DNA of 64,000 nt, from assembly GCA_900314585.1 (NCBI GenBank), contig OMVV01000003.1, positions 3,728-67,727 on the forward strand, read 5' to 3'. The notes beneath the pieces are model-generated. The model did not search any database and had not been told where the DNA came from. It was given only the letters and a program-made list of their open reading frames with translations. Below, in pieces: positions 1-13,386 of this stretch; the stretch's first letter is position 1; each line of letters begins with the position of its first letter. The stretch is from an uncultured Erysipelotrichaceae bacterium (GTDB lineage Bacteria > Bacillota_I > Bacilli_A > RFN20 > CAG-826). Position numbers and translations under genes: made by a program.

Positions 1-730
1 CAATATTTCCGTAGTTAACTAAGATGAAATCCACGTCAATTCTCGTATATTTTGGTGTTTTTCCTTCTTCAACAACTTCGCGAATTGTAACGGATTTTGC
101 CTTGCTACCTTCAACATCAATGTGGTCTGGAACAAATGGAAGATAAACTTTCAAATTATGGCAATCTTTAATTGTGTCTGGATTGCCTCTAAATTCAGTG
201 CGGCGATGGATTAAAGAAATATGATCAGAAATCTTCGATAAATGATTTGCCCAGTCTAGAGCAGAATCGCCACCACCGAACACGGCGACACGTTTATCTT
301 TTAATGATGAGAAGTCATCTAATTTATAAAGAATATTATCGACATCATTTTCATTGTTCACACCTAATGGACGTGGAGTCGAACTTCCAAGACCGGTCGC
401 GAGCACTAAAAAGTCACAAGAATATTCTTCTTTATTTGTTTTAACAATAATTCTATTTCCTGGAATGATATCGCTAACTTTATTATTTAATAAAATTTTT
501 GAGGAATCGACTTGTTTAAGCAAGTAGGAAATATATTCCTTCGCCTTGATTACTTCGATACCTTTAATATCAATGATATCTTTTTCTGGATATAGTCTTG
601 TTAGTTGTCCTCCAGCGGAATCAGACGCTTCTAAAATCGCGTAATCTGATCCGTCTTTTTGGCACTTTGAAGCAAGGTATAAACCAGCTGGACCAGCTCC
701 AACAATTAAGATGTGAAAATGTTTTTGCAT
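1..730 (-). CDS. ferredoxin-NADP+ reductase, thioredoxin-reductase-like (YumC type); 3' end runs off the window
   Basis: My translation of the minus strand from ATG 730..728: MQKHFHILIVGAGPAGLYLASK (GxGxxG FAD site), GGQLTRLYPEK signature, FGGGDSALDWA and HRRTEFRG NADPH motifs, no CxxC pair. Open-ended, so absent from the ORF track. Confidence 0.7.
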   Translation of the reverse strand, partial: MQKHFHILIVGAGPAGLYLASKCQKDGSDYAILEASDSAGGQLTRLYPEKDIIDIKGIEVIKAKEYISYLLKQVDSSKILLNNKVSDIIPGNRIIVKTNKEEYSCDFLVLATGLGSSTPRPLGVNNENDVDNILYKLDDFSSLKDKRVAVFGGGDSALDWANHLSKISDHISLIHRRTEFRGNPDTIKDCHNLKVYLPFVPDHIDVEGSKAKSVTIREVVEEGKTPKYTRIDVDFILVNYGNI

Positions 731-785
731 GAAATAATTATAAAAATAATATTTTTGTTTTGCTATAATATATCGGGATTAAGTT

Positions 786-1241
786 ATGTTGAAATATAAA
801 ATTATTTCAAAAAATGAGGAAGAAACTCGCTCCTTAGCCGCAAAAATTATGGCGCATCTAAAAGTCGGAAGCGTTGTTTTGCTTACTGGCGATTTAGGTG
901 CTGGAAAAACAACATTTGTCTCGGGGGCATTATCTTATTTAGGTTACAAGGATCATGTCATTTCCCCAACTTTTAATATCCTTAAATGTTATTTCGAAGT
1001 TAATCCAATCGTTTATCATATCGATGCCTATCGCCTTGAAGATCAAAATATCGACATTGGTTTAGAAGAATATATTGAAGGTAATGGAGTTTGTTTTATT
1101 GAATGGCCGCAGTTCATCACTCCACTTATTCCTCTTAACCATTTAGAGATTTCTCTTAGGAGAATCGGCGATAATGAACGTGAAATCGAAATTATCGATA
1201 AATGTGAAGCTTATAAAGAAGTTATGGAGAGTTTGAAATAG
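786..1241 (+). CDS. tsaE: tRNA t6A37 biosynthesis ATPase TsaE (YjeE)
   Basis: P-loop GDLGAGKTTF, 151 aa, heads a tsaE-tsaB-rimI-tsaD cluster. Confidence 0.85.
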   Translation: MLKYKIISKNEEETRSLAAKIMAHLKVGSVVLLTGDLGAGKTTFVSGALSYLGYKDHVISPTFNILKCYFEVNPIVYHIDAYRLEDQNIDIGLEEYIEGNGVCFIEWPQFITPLIPLNHLEISLRRIGDNEREIEIIDKCEAYKEVMESLK

Positions 1242-1242
1242 T

Positions 1243-1833
1243 ATGTATCAACTTTTGCTTGATAGTTCGAATATATATTTAAGTGTTGGCCTTTCAAAAG
1301 ACGGAAAAGTTGTCGACTCCATTTTTTATAATGCTTGGCAAAGACAATCAGAGGTAATGGTTACCGAGATTGATAACATCTTAAAAAGAAACAAAGTCGA
1401 TAAAAAAGATTTAGACGCAGTTGTCGTTGGCATCGGTCCAGGTTCTTACACCGGTGTGCGTATAGGCGTCACAATCGCGAAGGTAGTTGCATACGCTTTG
1501 AATATAAAAATATACGCAAAAAGCTCACTTTCTTTATTAAAAATAAATGATGATCCGACTATCTGTTTGTTTAATGCCAGAAGTGGTCGTTCGTATTTTG
1601 CTGTCTATCAAGGTCAAAAAGTTATCGAAAGTGACCGCATTTTAACTAACGAAGAAGTTTTAGCCTATATCGACGCTCATCCAGATTACAAGCTTAGTGG
1701 AGACACCGCTCAAATCGGAAAAGAGTCCGAACAATTTGATATTCTCAAAAATCTTGCTGACTTTCACCAAGATGAACTTGTTGAAAATATCTTCTTATTA
1801 AACCCAATTTATTTAAAGGATTTGCTCAAATGA
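1243..1833 (+). CDS. tsaB: tRNA t6A37 biosynthesis protein TsaB (YeaZ)
   Basis: GIGPGSYTGVRIG motif of YeaZ/Kae1-like fold; starts 1 nt after the tsaE stop; 4-nt overlap with rimI. Confidence 0.8.
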   Translation: MYQLLLDSSNIYLSVGLSKDGKVVDSIFYNAWQRQSEVMVTEIDNILKRNKVDKKDLDAVVVGIGPGSYTGVRIGVTIAKVVAYALNIKIYAKSSLSLLKINDDPTICLFNARSGRSYFAVYQGQKVIESDRILTNEEVLAYIDAHPDYKLSGDTAQIGKESEQFDILKNLADFHQDELVENIFLLNPIYLKDLLK

Positions 1834-2282
1834 AAATTCGCGAAGTAAGAAAAGAAGATTTTGAACAAGTTTACGAGATTGAACAAACTTGTTTTGTTGA
1901 TCCATATCCTCGAAAACATATGGAATATGAATTTAATGAAAATCCATTAAATAAAATCCTTGTCGCAGTGGATCAAAACAAAGTTGTTGGGTTTATTGAT
2001 TATATGATTACTTTCGACTCCGCAACAATTACCCAGGTCGCAGTAATCAAAGAATATCGTAAACAAGGACTCGCAACTAAGTTATTAGAAGAAATGGAAA
2101 AGACATTCCCAACAAACGTTGAAGATATTGTTGAAAACATTACTTTAGAGGTTAGAAAGAGCAATGAAGCCGCTCTTGATCTATATAAGAAAAACGGTTA
2201 TGAAATAATCGTTGAGAAAAAACATTATTATCCTGATGGCGAAGACGCTATATACATGGTGAAGAGGTTACTATGTCAATAA
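1830..2282 (+). CDS. rimI: ribosomal-protein-alanine N-acetyltransferase (GNAT)
   Basis: GNAT acetyl-CoA motif (VIKEYRKQGLATKLL); canonical position between tsaB and tsaD. Confidence 0.75.
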   Translation: MKIREVRKEDFEQVYEIEQTCFVDPYPRKHMEYEFNENPLNKILVAVDQNKVVGFIDYMITFDSATITQVAVIKEYRKQGLATKLLEEMEKTFPTNVEDIVENITLEVRKSNEAALDLYKKNGYEIIVEKKHYYPDGEDAIYMVKRLLCQ

Positions 2283-3283
2283 TCTTAGGTATTGAATCAA
2301 GCTGTGATGAAACATCAATCGCAATCATCAAAGATGGCGAACTTTTAAGTAACGTTGTGGCCACTCAAATTGAGATGCATCAAAAATTTGGTGGAGTTAT
2401 GCCTGAACTTGCTTCTCGTCTTCATTGTGAAAACGCATTATTTGTTTTAGATGAGGCTCTTAAGAAAGCCAATATCAAACTAGAAGATGTCGATGCTTTT
2501 GCCTTCACTCGTGGACCAGGTCTTATTGGTGCGCTTCACATTGGCATGCAAGTCGCAAAAACACTCGCGATGCTTTATAACAAACCACTTATTCCAGTTC
2601 ACCATTTGGCGGGTCACATTTATGCGAACGAATTCGTAAAACCTCTGCAATTCCCGCTTCTTTCGATTGTTGTCTCAGGTGGCAACACCGAATTTGTCTA
2701 TATGAAAAAAGACATGGATTTTGAGATTATTGGTGAAACAAAAGATGATGCAATCGGTGAATGTTTTGATAAGGTTGCTAGAACACTTGGTTTACCTTAT
2801 CCAGGTGGTATTCCAATCGATAAATTATCAAAGGAAGGTAAACATACTTATGATTTGCCATTTCCGCTTCACGATGATTCGCTTAATTTCTCATATTCAG
2901 GGCTTAAGACTGCGGTCATCAATTTAGTGAACAATGAAAAAGCTCGCGGCAACGAAATTCGTGTCGCAGATTTATGTAAGTCATTCCAAGATGTCGCCAT
3001 TTCAATGGTTATGGATCGACTTGATAAAGCAATTAAACGTTATGAGATTAAACAAGTTGTTTTAGCTGGTGGCGTTTCTGCTAACTCTTATTTAAGAGAA
3101 CAGATGCATAAGCGTCTTGATAACAGTGGAATCGATTTAATCGTTCCACCAATTTGGTGCACGACTGATAACGCGGCGATGATCGTTCGCCTCGCCGAAC
3201 ATTTATGGAAATTAGGAGTAGTCGCTCCAAGCGATATCTCCTGTGATCCAAACTGGCGAATCGATAAATATAAAACATTTTAA
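2273..3283 (+). CDS. tsaD: tRNA N6-adenosine threonylcarbamoyltransferase TsaD (Kae1/Gcp)
   Basis: LGIESSCDETS N-terminus, HHLAGH metal motif, 336 aa. Confidence 0.95.
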   Translation: MSIILGIESSCDETSIAIIKDGELLSNVVATQIEMHQKFGGVMPELASRLHCENALFVLDEALKKANIKLEDVDAFAFTRGPGLIGALHIGMQVAKTLAMLYNKPLIPVHHLAGHIYANEFVKPLQFPLLSIVVSGGNTEFVYMKKDMDFEIIGETKDDAIGECFDKVARTLGLPYPGGIPIDKLSKEGKHTYDLPFPLHDDSLNFSYSGLKTAVINLVNNEKARGNEIRVADLCKSFQDVAISMVMDRLDKAIKRYEIKQVVLAGGVSANSYLREQMHKRLDNSGIDLIVPPIWCTTDNAAMIVRLAEHLWKLGVVAPSDISCDPNWRIDKYKTF

Positions 3284-3285
3284 CT

Positions 3286-3302
3286 AACAGTAATTTACTG
3301 TT
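3286..3302 (+). terminator. weak hairpin after tsaD (aacagt-aattt-actgtt + tt)
   Basis: 6-bp inverted repeat 3 nt after the tsaD stop; T-run is short. Confidence 0.35.
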
Positions 3303-3303
3303 T

Positions 3304-3312
3304 TGATATAAT
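3304..3312 (+). promoter_or_regulatory. extended -10 promoter (TGaTATAAT) for asnS
   Basis: TG at 3304-3305 and TATAAT at 3307-3312, 27 nt upstream of the asnS ATG. The same TTTGATATAAT string recurs upstream of folD. Confidence 0.45.
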
Positions 3313-3338
3313 GTTAAAGATAACTGAGAGGATTAGAT

Positions 3339-4742
3339 ATGGAATTTCAAGGTATTACAGTTTACGACCTTTATATGTTGGTAAACTCAAAAGAAGAAAA
3401 ATATCGTAAAGAATTAGAATCCTTAAAAGAAGTGTTTTTACAAGGTTGGGTTCGCACCAACCGTGATAACGGTTCAATTGGATTTATCGCTTTAAACGAT
3501 GGAACTTGTTTTAAGAATATTCAACTCGTTTATGATGAAAAGAATGTTTCTGATTACAAGACTTTAAGCCATGTTAATACTGGTGCTGCATTAGCAGTTA
3601 GAGGTAAATTAATGCTTACTCCAAACGGAAAACAACCATTTGAAGTTAATGTTTCTGATTTTGAAATCGTTGGCGATGTCGCTGAAGATTATCCTCTTCA
3701 AAAGAAAGCTCACTCTCTTGAATTCCTTCGTGAAATTGCTCATCTTAGACCAAGAGCAAATACCTTTAACGCTGTCTTTAGAATGCGTAACGCGATGTCG
3801 ATGGCAATCCATGAATTTTTCCAACAAGCTGGATTTATGTATATTCACACTCCAATCATCACCGGAAACGATGCTGAAGGAGCGGGAAATACCTTTGGTA
3901 TTTACACCAATGACAAGAATCCAAAAACCGATTTCTTTGGCAAAGAAGTTGCGTTAACTGTTTCTGGTCAGCTTCATGTTGAACCATTCGCTTTAGCGTT
4001 TAGAGATGTTTATACCTTTGGCCCAACCTTTAGAGCAGAACACTCTAACACAACTCGTCACGCATCTGAATTCTGGATGATTGAACCAGAAATTGCTTTT
4101 GCAGATCTCAATGATGATATGGAATGCATTGAAGCGTGTATCAAACACTGCATCGATGTTGCCTTAAATGAATGCAAAGATGAAATGGAATTCTTTAACA
4201 ATTTCATTGATAAATCACTTAAGGAACGTTTAACTCACGTTTTAAATTCTGAATTCAAACGTTTAACATACACCCAAGCAATTGAAGAACTTCAAAAAGC
4301 TGTTAAAAACGGACACAAGTTCGAAAACAATAAGATTGAGTGGGGAATGGATCTTCAATCCGAACACGAACGTTACCTTACTGAACAAGTTATTAAAGGT
4401 CCAGTCTTCGTCACCGATTATCCAAAGGAAATGAAAGCCTTCTATATGCGACAAAATGATGACGGAAAAACCGTTGCTGCATGTGACTTATTGGTTCCGT
4501 ATGTCGGCGAACTTGTCGGCGGTTCTCAAAGAGAAGAACGCTATGATGTTCTTAAAAAGAGAATGGAAGAAGTTGGCTGTATGAATGGTCTTGAATGGTA
4601 TCTTGATACTCGTAAATATGGTGGTTGCCCACACGCTGGATTTGGTATTGGCTTTGATAGATTACTTATGTATGTCACCGGTATTCAAAATATCCGTGAT
4701 GTTCAACCATTCCCAAGAACTAGTGATAAAATCAAATATTAA
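3339..4742 (+). CDS. asnS: asparagine--tRNA ligase
   Basis: Class IIb aaRS with N-terminal OB fold; FRAEHSNTTRHASEFWMIEPE and GFGIGFDRL motifs typical of AsnRS; SD GAGAGGA upstream. Confidence 0.95.
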   Translation: MEFQGITVYDLYMLVNSKEEKYRKELESLKEVFLQGWVRTNRDNGSIGFIALNDGTCFKNIQLVYDEKNVSDYKTLSHVNTGAALAVRGKLMLTPNGKQPFEVNVSDFEIVGDVAEDYPLQKKAHSLEFLREIAHLRPRANTFNAVFRMRNAMSMAIHEFFQQAGFMYIHTPIITGNDAEGAGNTFGIYTNDKNPKTDFFGKEVALTVSGQLHVEPFALAFRDVYTFGPTFRAEHSNTTRHASEFWMIEPEIAFADLNDDMECIEACIKHCIDVALNECKDEMEFFNNFIDKSLKERLTHVLNSEFKRLTYTQAIEELQKAVKNGHKFENNKIEWGMDLQSEHERYLTEQVIKGPVFVTDYPKEMKAFYMRQNDDGKTVAACDLLVPYVGELVGGSQREERYDVLKKRMEEVGCMNGLEWYLDTRKYGGCPHAGFGIGFDRLLMYVTGIQNIRDVQPFPRTSDKIKY

Positions 4743-4744
4743 TT

Positions 4745-4906
4745 ATGGAAGAAAAACAAACCTTAGAAGAAGTAACTGATGAAGCTTTAAAAGAGCAGAA
4801 GGAACAAAAAAGCCGAAATAGAATTTTCGGACTTTTGCTCATCATCGATTTAGCGCTTTTTGGTATTCTTTTATATGAAATAATTATGCTCGCGATGGGC
4901 AAATAA
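4745..4906 (+). CDS. possible small tail-anchored membrane protein (53 aa)
   Basis: ATG 2 nt after the asnS stop. MEEKQTLEEVTDEALKEQKEQKSRNRIFGLLLIIDLALFGILLYEIIMLAMGK has a charged N-half and one TM. Below the ORF-track cutoff; no SD. Confidence 0.3.
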   Translation: MEEKQTLEEVTDEALKEQKEQKSRNRIFGLLLIIDLALFGILLYEIIMLAMGK

Positions 4907-4907
4907 T

Positions 4908-5549
4908 TTATTCAGGTTTAATTGGTTGAGACGGTGGAGTTACATTCTCCATCGTTTTTCTAAATGCCTTTCTGCTTAATTGGTAAATACGAATTGATCG
5001 AGCGATATAGGCTTGAACTTGATATAAGAACCAAAGTCCTCCAACGATCATTCCTGGAACGAATAGATAAGAAACCCAGGCTTCACCTGAAAGGTGTGGA
5101 GTGGACAATAGTTTCGGCCAAGTGATTGTAAAGCCATCGCTATTGGAGACGAAGAATACGCTCCAATCATGGACGTAGAATAAAGTATTGAAACCTTCTT
5201 TTTCATAATCCCAAATGTTATAAGACCAGTTTCTAGAGAAGATGCAATATAGCAAGAGGATTGTTGAAGATAAAAGCATGATTAGAAATGGTACCCAAGC
5301 GCTCTTAAAGAAAACTCGCCAGTTTTTACGAATGCCAAATCGCCATAATCTATTCTCATTTGTGATTACGCCTGCCTCAACGACATCATGAAGCATATCA
5401 TCAGCTTTTTTAGCCTGATGTGACATGATTTTCCTCACTAAAACCCCAATATATCCAACAATTACGAAGAAAAGAATCAACACCAAAAGAAGGACAATGA
5501 TTAGTCGTTTATCGTTCTCAGTTAACTTAATCAGTGAGACCATCATCAT
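4908..5549 (-). CDS. hypothetical membrane protein (213 aa, 3-4 TM)
   Basis: Long ORF with hydrophobic segments; three consecutive ATGs at the start; overlaps the upstream ORF by 23 nt (translational coupling). No recognisable motif. Confidence 0.6.
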   Translation of the reverse strand: MMMVSLIKLTENDKRLIIVLLLVLILFFVIVGYIGVLVRKIMSHQAKKADDMLHDVVEAGVITNENRLWRFGIRKNWRVFFKSAWVPFLIMLLSSTILLLYCIFSRNWSYNIWDYEKEGFNTLFYVHDWSVFFVSNSDGFTITWPKLLSTPHLSGEAWVSYLFVPGMIVGGLWFLYQVQAYIARSIRIYQLSRKAFRKTMENVTPPSQPIKPE

Positions 5550-5931
5550 ACTCCTCGATTTTTACTTCTTCATCGACACTAACATCTTCGGTTGTCGGTT
5601 CTTCGTTTATTGGTTCAGCAGGTTGATTATTTTGTTGAGCGTAAAAGTTTTGAGCAAATTGCATTTGGCTTTGAGCGATCGCATTTGCAAGAGTTTGGGT
5701 TGGATCGGCTTGAGTTTCTGCTCTTTGCATTAAGATTCGTTTTGCTTCAACGTCTTCAGGTAAATCTCCTAAAGGAGTGCCACCCATAAAGAAAACAATC
5801 ACTGAACGAATTGCAATGTAGATAAAAACAAAAACACAGTAGACTCCATATACCGCCAAAGTAGCAACAATAAGCGGTGATAAAACCACATAAAGAACAC
5901 CTTGGAGAAATACTTTTAGAAATCCGACCAT
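5527..5931 (-). CDS. hypothetical membrane protein (134 aa; 2 TM plus acidic Gln/Glu-rich tail)
   Basis: ORF 15 nt downstream of the 301-aa ORF; N-terminal TM pair, then a low-complexity acidic C-terminus. Confidence 0.55.
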   Translation of the reverse strand: MVGFLKVFLQGVLYVVLSPLIVATLAVYGVYCVFVFIYIAIRSVIVFFMGGTPLGDLPEDVEAKRILMQRAETQADPTQTLANAIAQSQMQFAQNFYAQQNNQPAEPINEEPTTEDVSVDEEVKIEEYDDGLTD

Positions 5932-5946
5932 ATTGTTGACCTATTT

Positions 5947-6852
5947 CTATTGTATCTTTTCTTTTTTCTTCCGCAAGAAAGAAAACACAAGAGATGTTAA
6001 ACAAATTAACGCGCTTGAGATTCCTAATAAGAGGAGCTGTGATGCTTCTTTTAAATAAGATTGGACCAAGGCGAACACAACAATGTTAATCGCAATAATT
6101 ATTGCGTAGCCAATTAAATCATAATAGTTTTTGCCATAGATACTCATCGCGATGCGGTAAACCGCAAAGTAAAGTGACATCGCCAAGAATAGATAACCAG
6201 CCTCCAATGAGAAGAAATAGAAAAGCGGAATGAAAAAAACAAACGTCAAACCCAAGATACAAGAAGCGATATTGCTGGCTTCATCCTTTTTAGAGTCGAC
6301 ACCAAATTTGTTTAGTTCTTCTTTAACGATAATCTGTGATAAGGAAACTTGAATTAACGAGATGAAAAAGATGAAGGTTGGAACGACGATATTTACGTTC
6401 GAATTATTTGCTAATCCAAGAGCAGTTTTAAACGTCTCAACAATATCGATTTGAAGTAAGAAATTTATGAATGGAATTAAAGCGAAAGAAATGCCAGTTT
6501 GTGCGAGAGTTGCAGCGAAAATTGCATAAACAGGTGCTACTTTTTTCTTTGTTAAAAGGCCAAAAATATAGCCAGTAATTATTGATGGAAAAACATAGAA
6601 AATTGTTGTCTCAATATTCCAAAAAGTTAAGGCTAACGAAAGACCAAAAGTTGCGATAGCGTAAATTGGGAAATATCGATCTTTGCAACATAACTCAACT
6701 ATCGCTGAAGTAAGTGGCAAAACAAGAACCAACACTAACGAAACGAAGATTGATAATCCCGCTAGCTCAGCCACGATGATATTAATCGCCGCCATTAGAG
6801 CCATTAACGGAATTGACTTTGTCAAATTTTCTCTTTCGTAAATGAATTTCAT
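5947..6852 (-). CDS. hypothetical polytopic membrane protein (301 aa, ~8 TM)
   Basis: Continuous hydrophobic ORF; adjacent Cys pair (VELCCKD); first gene of a 3-gene minus-strand unit. Family not recognised. Confidence 0.65.
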   Translation of the reverse strand: MKFIYERENLTKSIPLMALMAAINIIVAELAGLSIFVSLVLVLVLPLTSAIVELCCKDRYFPIYAIATFGLSLALTFWNIETTIFYVFPSIITGYIFGLLTKKKVAPVYAIFAATLAQTGISFALIPFINFLLQIDIVETFKTALGLANNSNVNIVVPTFIFFISLIQVSLSQIIVKEELNKFGVDSKKDEASNIASCILGLTFVFFIPLFYFFSLEAGYLFLAMSLYFAVYRIAMSIYGKNYYDLIGYAIIIAINIVVFALVQSYLKEASQLLLLGISSALICLTSLVFSFLRKKKEKIQ

Positions 6853-6904
6853 ATTTCTTTCATTATTTTCGCACTTTTTTCAGAAATCTTCAGTATATAT
6901 TGGT

Positions 6905-7366
6905 ATGAAGCGCGCATTTAAACCTCTCTTATTAATCGCCTCATTTTCGATTTGTGGTTGTTATTCAGAAAAAGTTTCAACGTCATCATCGGAAGCATTT
7001 ATTCTATCGACTTCAAATTATGTTCAACATGATTATGAAGAAATTAGTGACAAGCTACTGTTATGGTCGAACATTTTTGGAATAGATAAAGAAGCTTATT
7101 ATGTCTATTTCTTTTCAAAAACCTGTTCACATTGCGGCCAAATTAAGGAATTTATGATTGAACAAGCTTTATCTCGGGATGACATTTATTTTGTAGAATC
7201 ATCAGATGAAGATGTTTATATCAAAGATCCAAAACAAACACTTGGATTAACTTCAATCGAAGGCTTTGGAATTGTTGGCTATCCTTCCCTCGTTAGAATT
7301 GTCTCTGGAATAATCACCTTAAATGTTGTTGGTTCTCCTGACGTAAAAAGTGAAATAATGAATTGA
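6905..7366 (+). CDS. thioredoxin-fold lipoprotein (CSHC active site)
   Basis: Start moved to ATG 6905: MKRAFKPLLLIASFSICGC (signal peptide plus lipobox-like ICGC). Thioredoxin layout YYVYFFSKTCSHCGQ ... VGYPSLV (cis-Pro). Confidence 0.65.
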   Translation: MKRAFKPLLLIASFSICGCYSEKVSTSSSEAFILSTSNYVQHDYEEISDKLLLWSNIFGIDKEAYYVYFFSKTCSHCGQIKEFMIEQALSRDDIYFVESSDEDVYIKDPKQTLGLTSIEGFGIVGYPSLVRIVSGIITLNVVGSPDVKSEIMN

Positions 7367-7419
7367 GTAAGGCCCTTTAATATGGTAAGATATTACAAAG
7401 TAATAAATTATCAATTATT

Positions 7420-11615
<4,196 letters not shown>

Positions 11616-11632
11616 TAATATCAATAATTGTT

Positions 11633-11929
11633 ATGAAAGAATATAGCATTAACGTTCTCAAAGATGCCGCTAATAGGCTCCTACTCGATATGTCTGAAGA
11701 AGAATATAAAACTCTTCTTTCCGAATTTGATATCGTTACTAAACAAATGAAGGCTATCGGTGATAATAAAGATCTCGATCAAATTGAGCCGATGGTTTTT
11801 CCGTTCGAAGTATATACAACTGAATTAAGGGAAGATGTTGCCGAAGAACCACTTACCCGTGAAGAAGCACTTCGCAATTCACAACGCAAAGTCGGTGGGC
11901 AAATCAAACTTCCAAAGGTGGTGCAATAA
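11633..11929 (+). CDS. gatC: Asp/Glu-tRNA amidotransferase subunit C
   Basis: 98-aa ORF immediately upstream of gatA/gatB; stop overlaps the gatA ATG. Confidence 0.85.
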   Translation: MKEYSINVLKDAANRLLLDMSEEEYKTLLSEFDIVTKQMKAIGDNKDLDQIEPMVFPFEVYTTELREDVAEEPLTREEALRNSQRKVGGQIKLPKVVQ

Positions 11930-13386
11930 TGTATCGCGGTTTATCAATCGAAGAGCTCCACAACTTGTTAGTTGCCAAAAAAGTAACTCCTTTAGAGCTT
12001 GCCAAAGAAGCAATTAAGCTTGCTAAAGAAGATACTAACAATGCCTTCGAATACATCATGGAAGAAGAAGCACTTAAGATTGCTGAATCTTTAAAAGAAC
12101 CCGAAGTTAATAACCCACTATGGGGGGTGCCATTTGTTATCAAAGATAACATGTCAACTAAAGATGTCCCAACAACTGCTAGTTCAAATATCCTAAGAGG
12201 TTACGTTCCTGTTTTCGATGCAACCGTTGTTGAAAAACTTAAAAAAGCCCACGCAGTTCCAATTGGAAAAACAACTCTTGATGAGCTCGCAATGGGCGGT
12301 ACAGGTACAAGCGGACACTTAGGCATTACATATAACCCATATGATCGCTCACATACACGATTAGTTGGTGGTTCAAGCTGTGGCTCGGCTGCCGTTACTG
12401 CTGATGGCATTGTTCCATTCGCGTTAGGTTCTGACACTGGAGACTCAACCCGTAAACCTGCTAGCTATGCTGGCTTAGTTGGATTTAAACCAACCTGGGG
12501 AAGAATTTCTCGTTATGGTTTATTCCCGTTTGCTCCATCGTTAGACACGGTTGGTATCTTTACTCGTAATGTTAAAGACTGTGCATATGTTCTTAATGCA
12601 ACCGCAGGTCATGACGTTCACGATGCAACCTCATCAGCAAAACCAGTTGATGACTACGCCAAAGACATTGAAAAATGTGATAAAAAATACAAGATTGCTG
12701 TCATTCAAGAAATCTTTGATGCAGTTAAAGATGAAGATATTAAGAAAGCATTCTTGGATAATGTTAAAAAGTTAAAGGCTTCGGGATTTGTCGTTGATTT
12801 TGTCCATATTGATAACAAAATTCTCTCATCATTATTTGCGACATATTTTGTTATTTCTTGTGCAGAAGCAACATCAAACAACGCGAATCTCGATGGAATT
12901 AAATTCGGTCCACTTTCAAAAGGCGATACTTATGAAGAAGTTATGAAGAATGCTCGAACTGTTGGTTTTAGCGAACTCATCAAACGTCGTTTTATTATTG
13001 GTAGTTTCGCTTTGATGAAAGAAAACCAAGATGAATTATTTGTTCGTGCTCAAAGAAATCGTCGTTTGATTGTTTCTAAACTCGACGAAATTTATAAAGA
13101 TTATGATTTCATTTATTCGATAGCCGCTCCAACAATTGCTCCAAAGATTGGCGAAGCAAGCGATCGTTTATCTGATGAATATTTAATTGCTGATAACCAT
13201 TTGGTTCTTGGTAATTTTGCGGGTCTACCATCTCTTACTTTGCCGCTTGGATTTAAAGACAATATGCCATTCGGTGTTAATGTGATGGGAAGGGCCTTCG
13301 ACGAAGTCGGTGTCTTCAAAATGTCTTATGAAATTGAGAAGTTAACCGGTCTAAAAAATATCTGTGCGAAAGGAGAACAAAAATAA
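11929..13386 (+). CDS. gatA: Asp/Glu-tRNA amidotransferase subunit A
   Basis: Amidase signature GGSSCGSAAVTA...GSDTGDSTR. Confidence 0.95.
   Translation: MYRGLSIEELHNLLVAKKVTPLELAKEAIKLAKEDTNNAFEYIMEEEALKIAESLKEPEVNNPLWGVPFVIKDNMSTKDVPTTASSNILRGYVPVFDATVVEKLKKAHAVPIGKTTLDELAMGGTGTSGHLGITYNPYDRSHTRLVGGSSCGSAAVTADGIVPFALGSDTGDSTRKPASYAGLVGFKPTWGRISRYGLFPFAPSLDTVGIFTRNVKDCAYVLNATAGHDVHDATSSAKPVDDYAKDIEKCDKKYKIAVIQEIFDAVKDEDIKKAFLDNVKKLKASGFVVDFVHIDNKILSSLFATYFVISCAEATSNNANLDGIKFGPLSKGDTYEEVMKNARTVGFSELIKRRFIIGSFALMKENQDELFVRAQRNRRLIVSKLDEIYKDYDFIYSIAAPTIAPKIGEASDRLSDEYLIADNHLVLGNFAGLPSLTLPLGFKDNMPFGVNVMGRAFDEVGVFKMSYEIEKLTGLKNICAKGEQK

Noticed and set aside
1830-1833. TGA read as Trp (Mycoplasma code 4)
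   Set aside because: TGA codons coincide with the ends of conserved proteins and with ATGA start/stop overlaps. No conserved gene requires TGA read-through to reach its normal length.
2721-2927. Numerous 60-125 aa ORFs nested in or antisense to conserved genes (e.g. 247..444, 3609..3957, 12201..12437, 28387..28989, 37002..37277, 42703..43038)
   Set aside because: Each lies wholly within a long ORF whose translation matches a well-known protein family. None has an SD or recognisable motifs, and such ORFs are expected by chance in AT-rich DNA.
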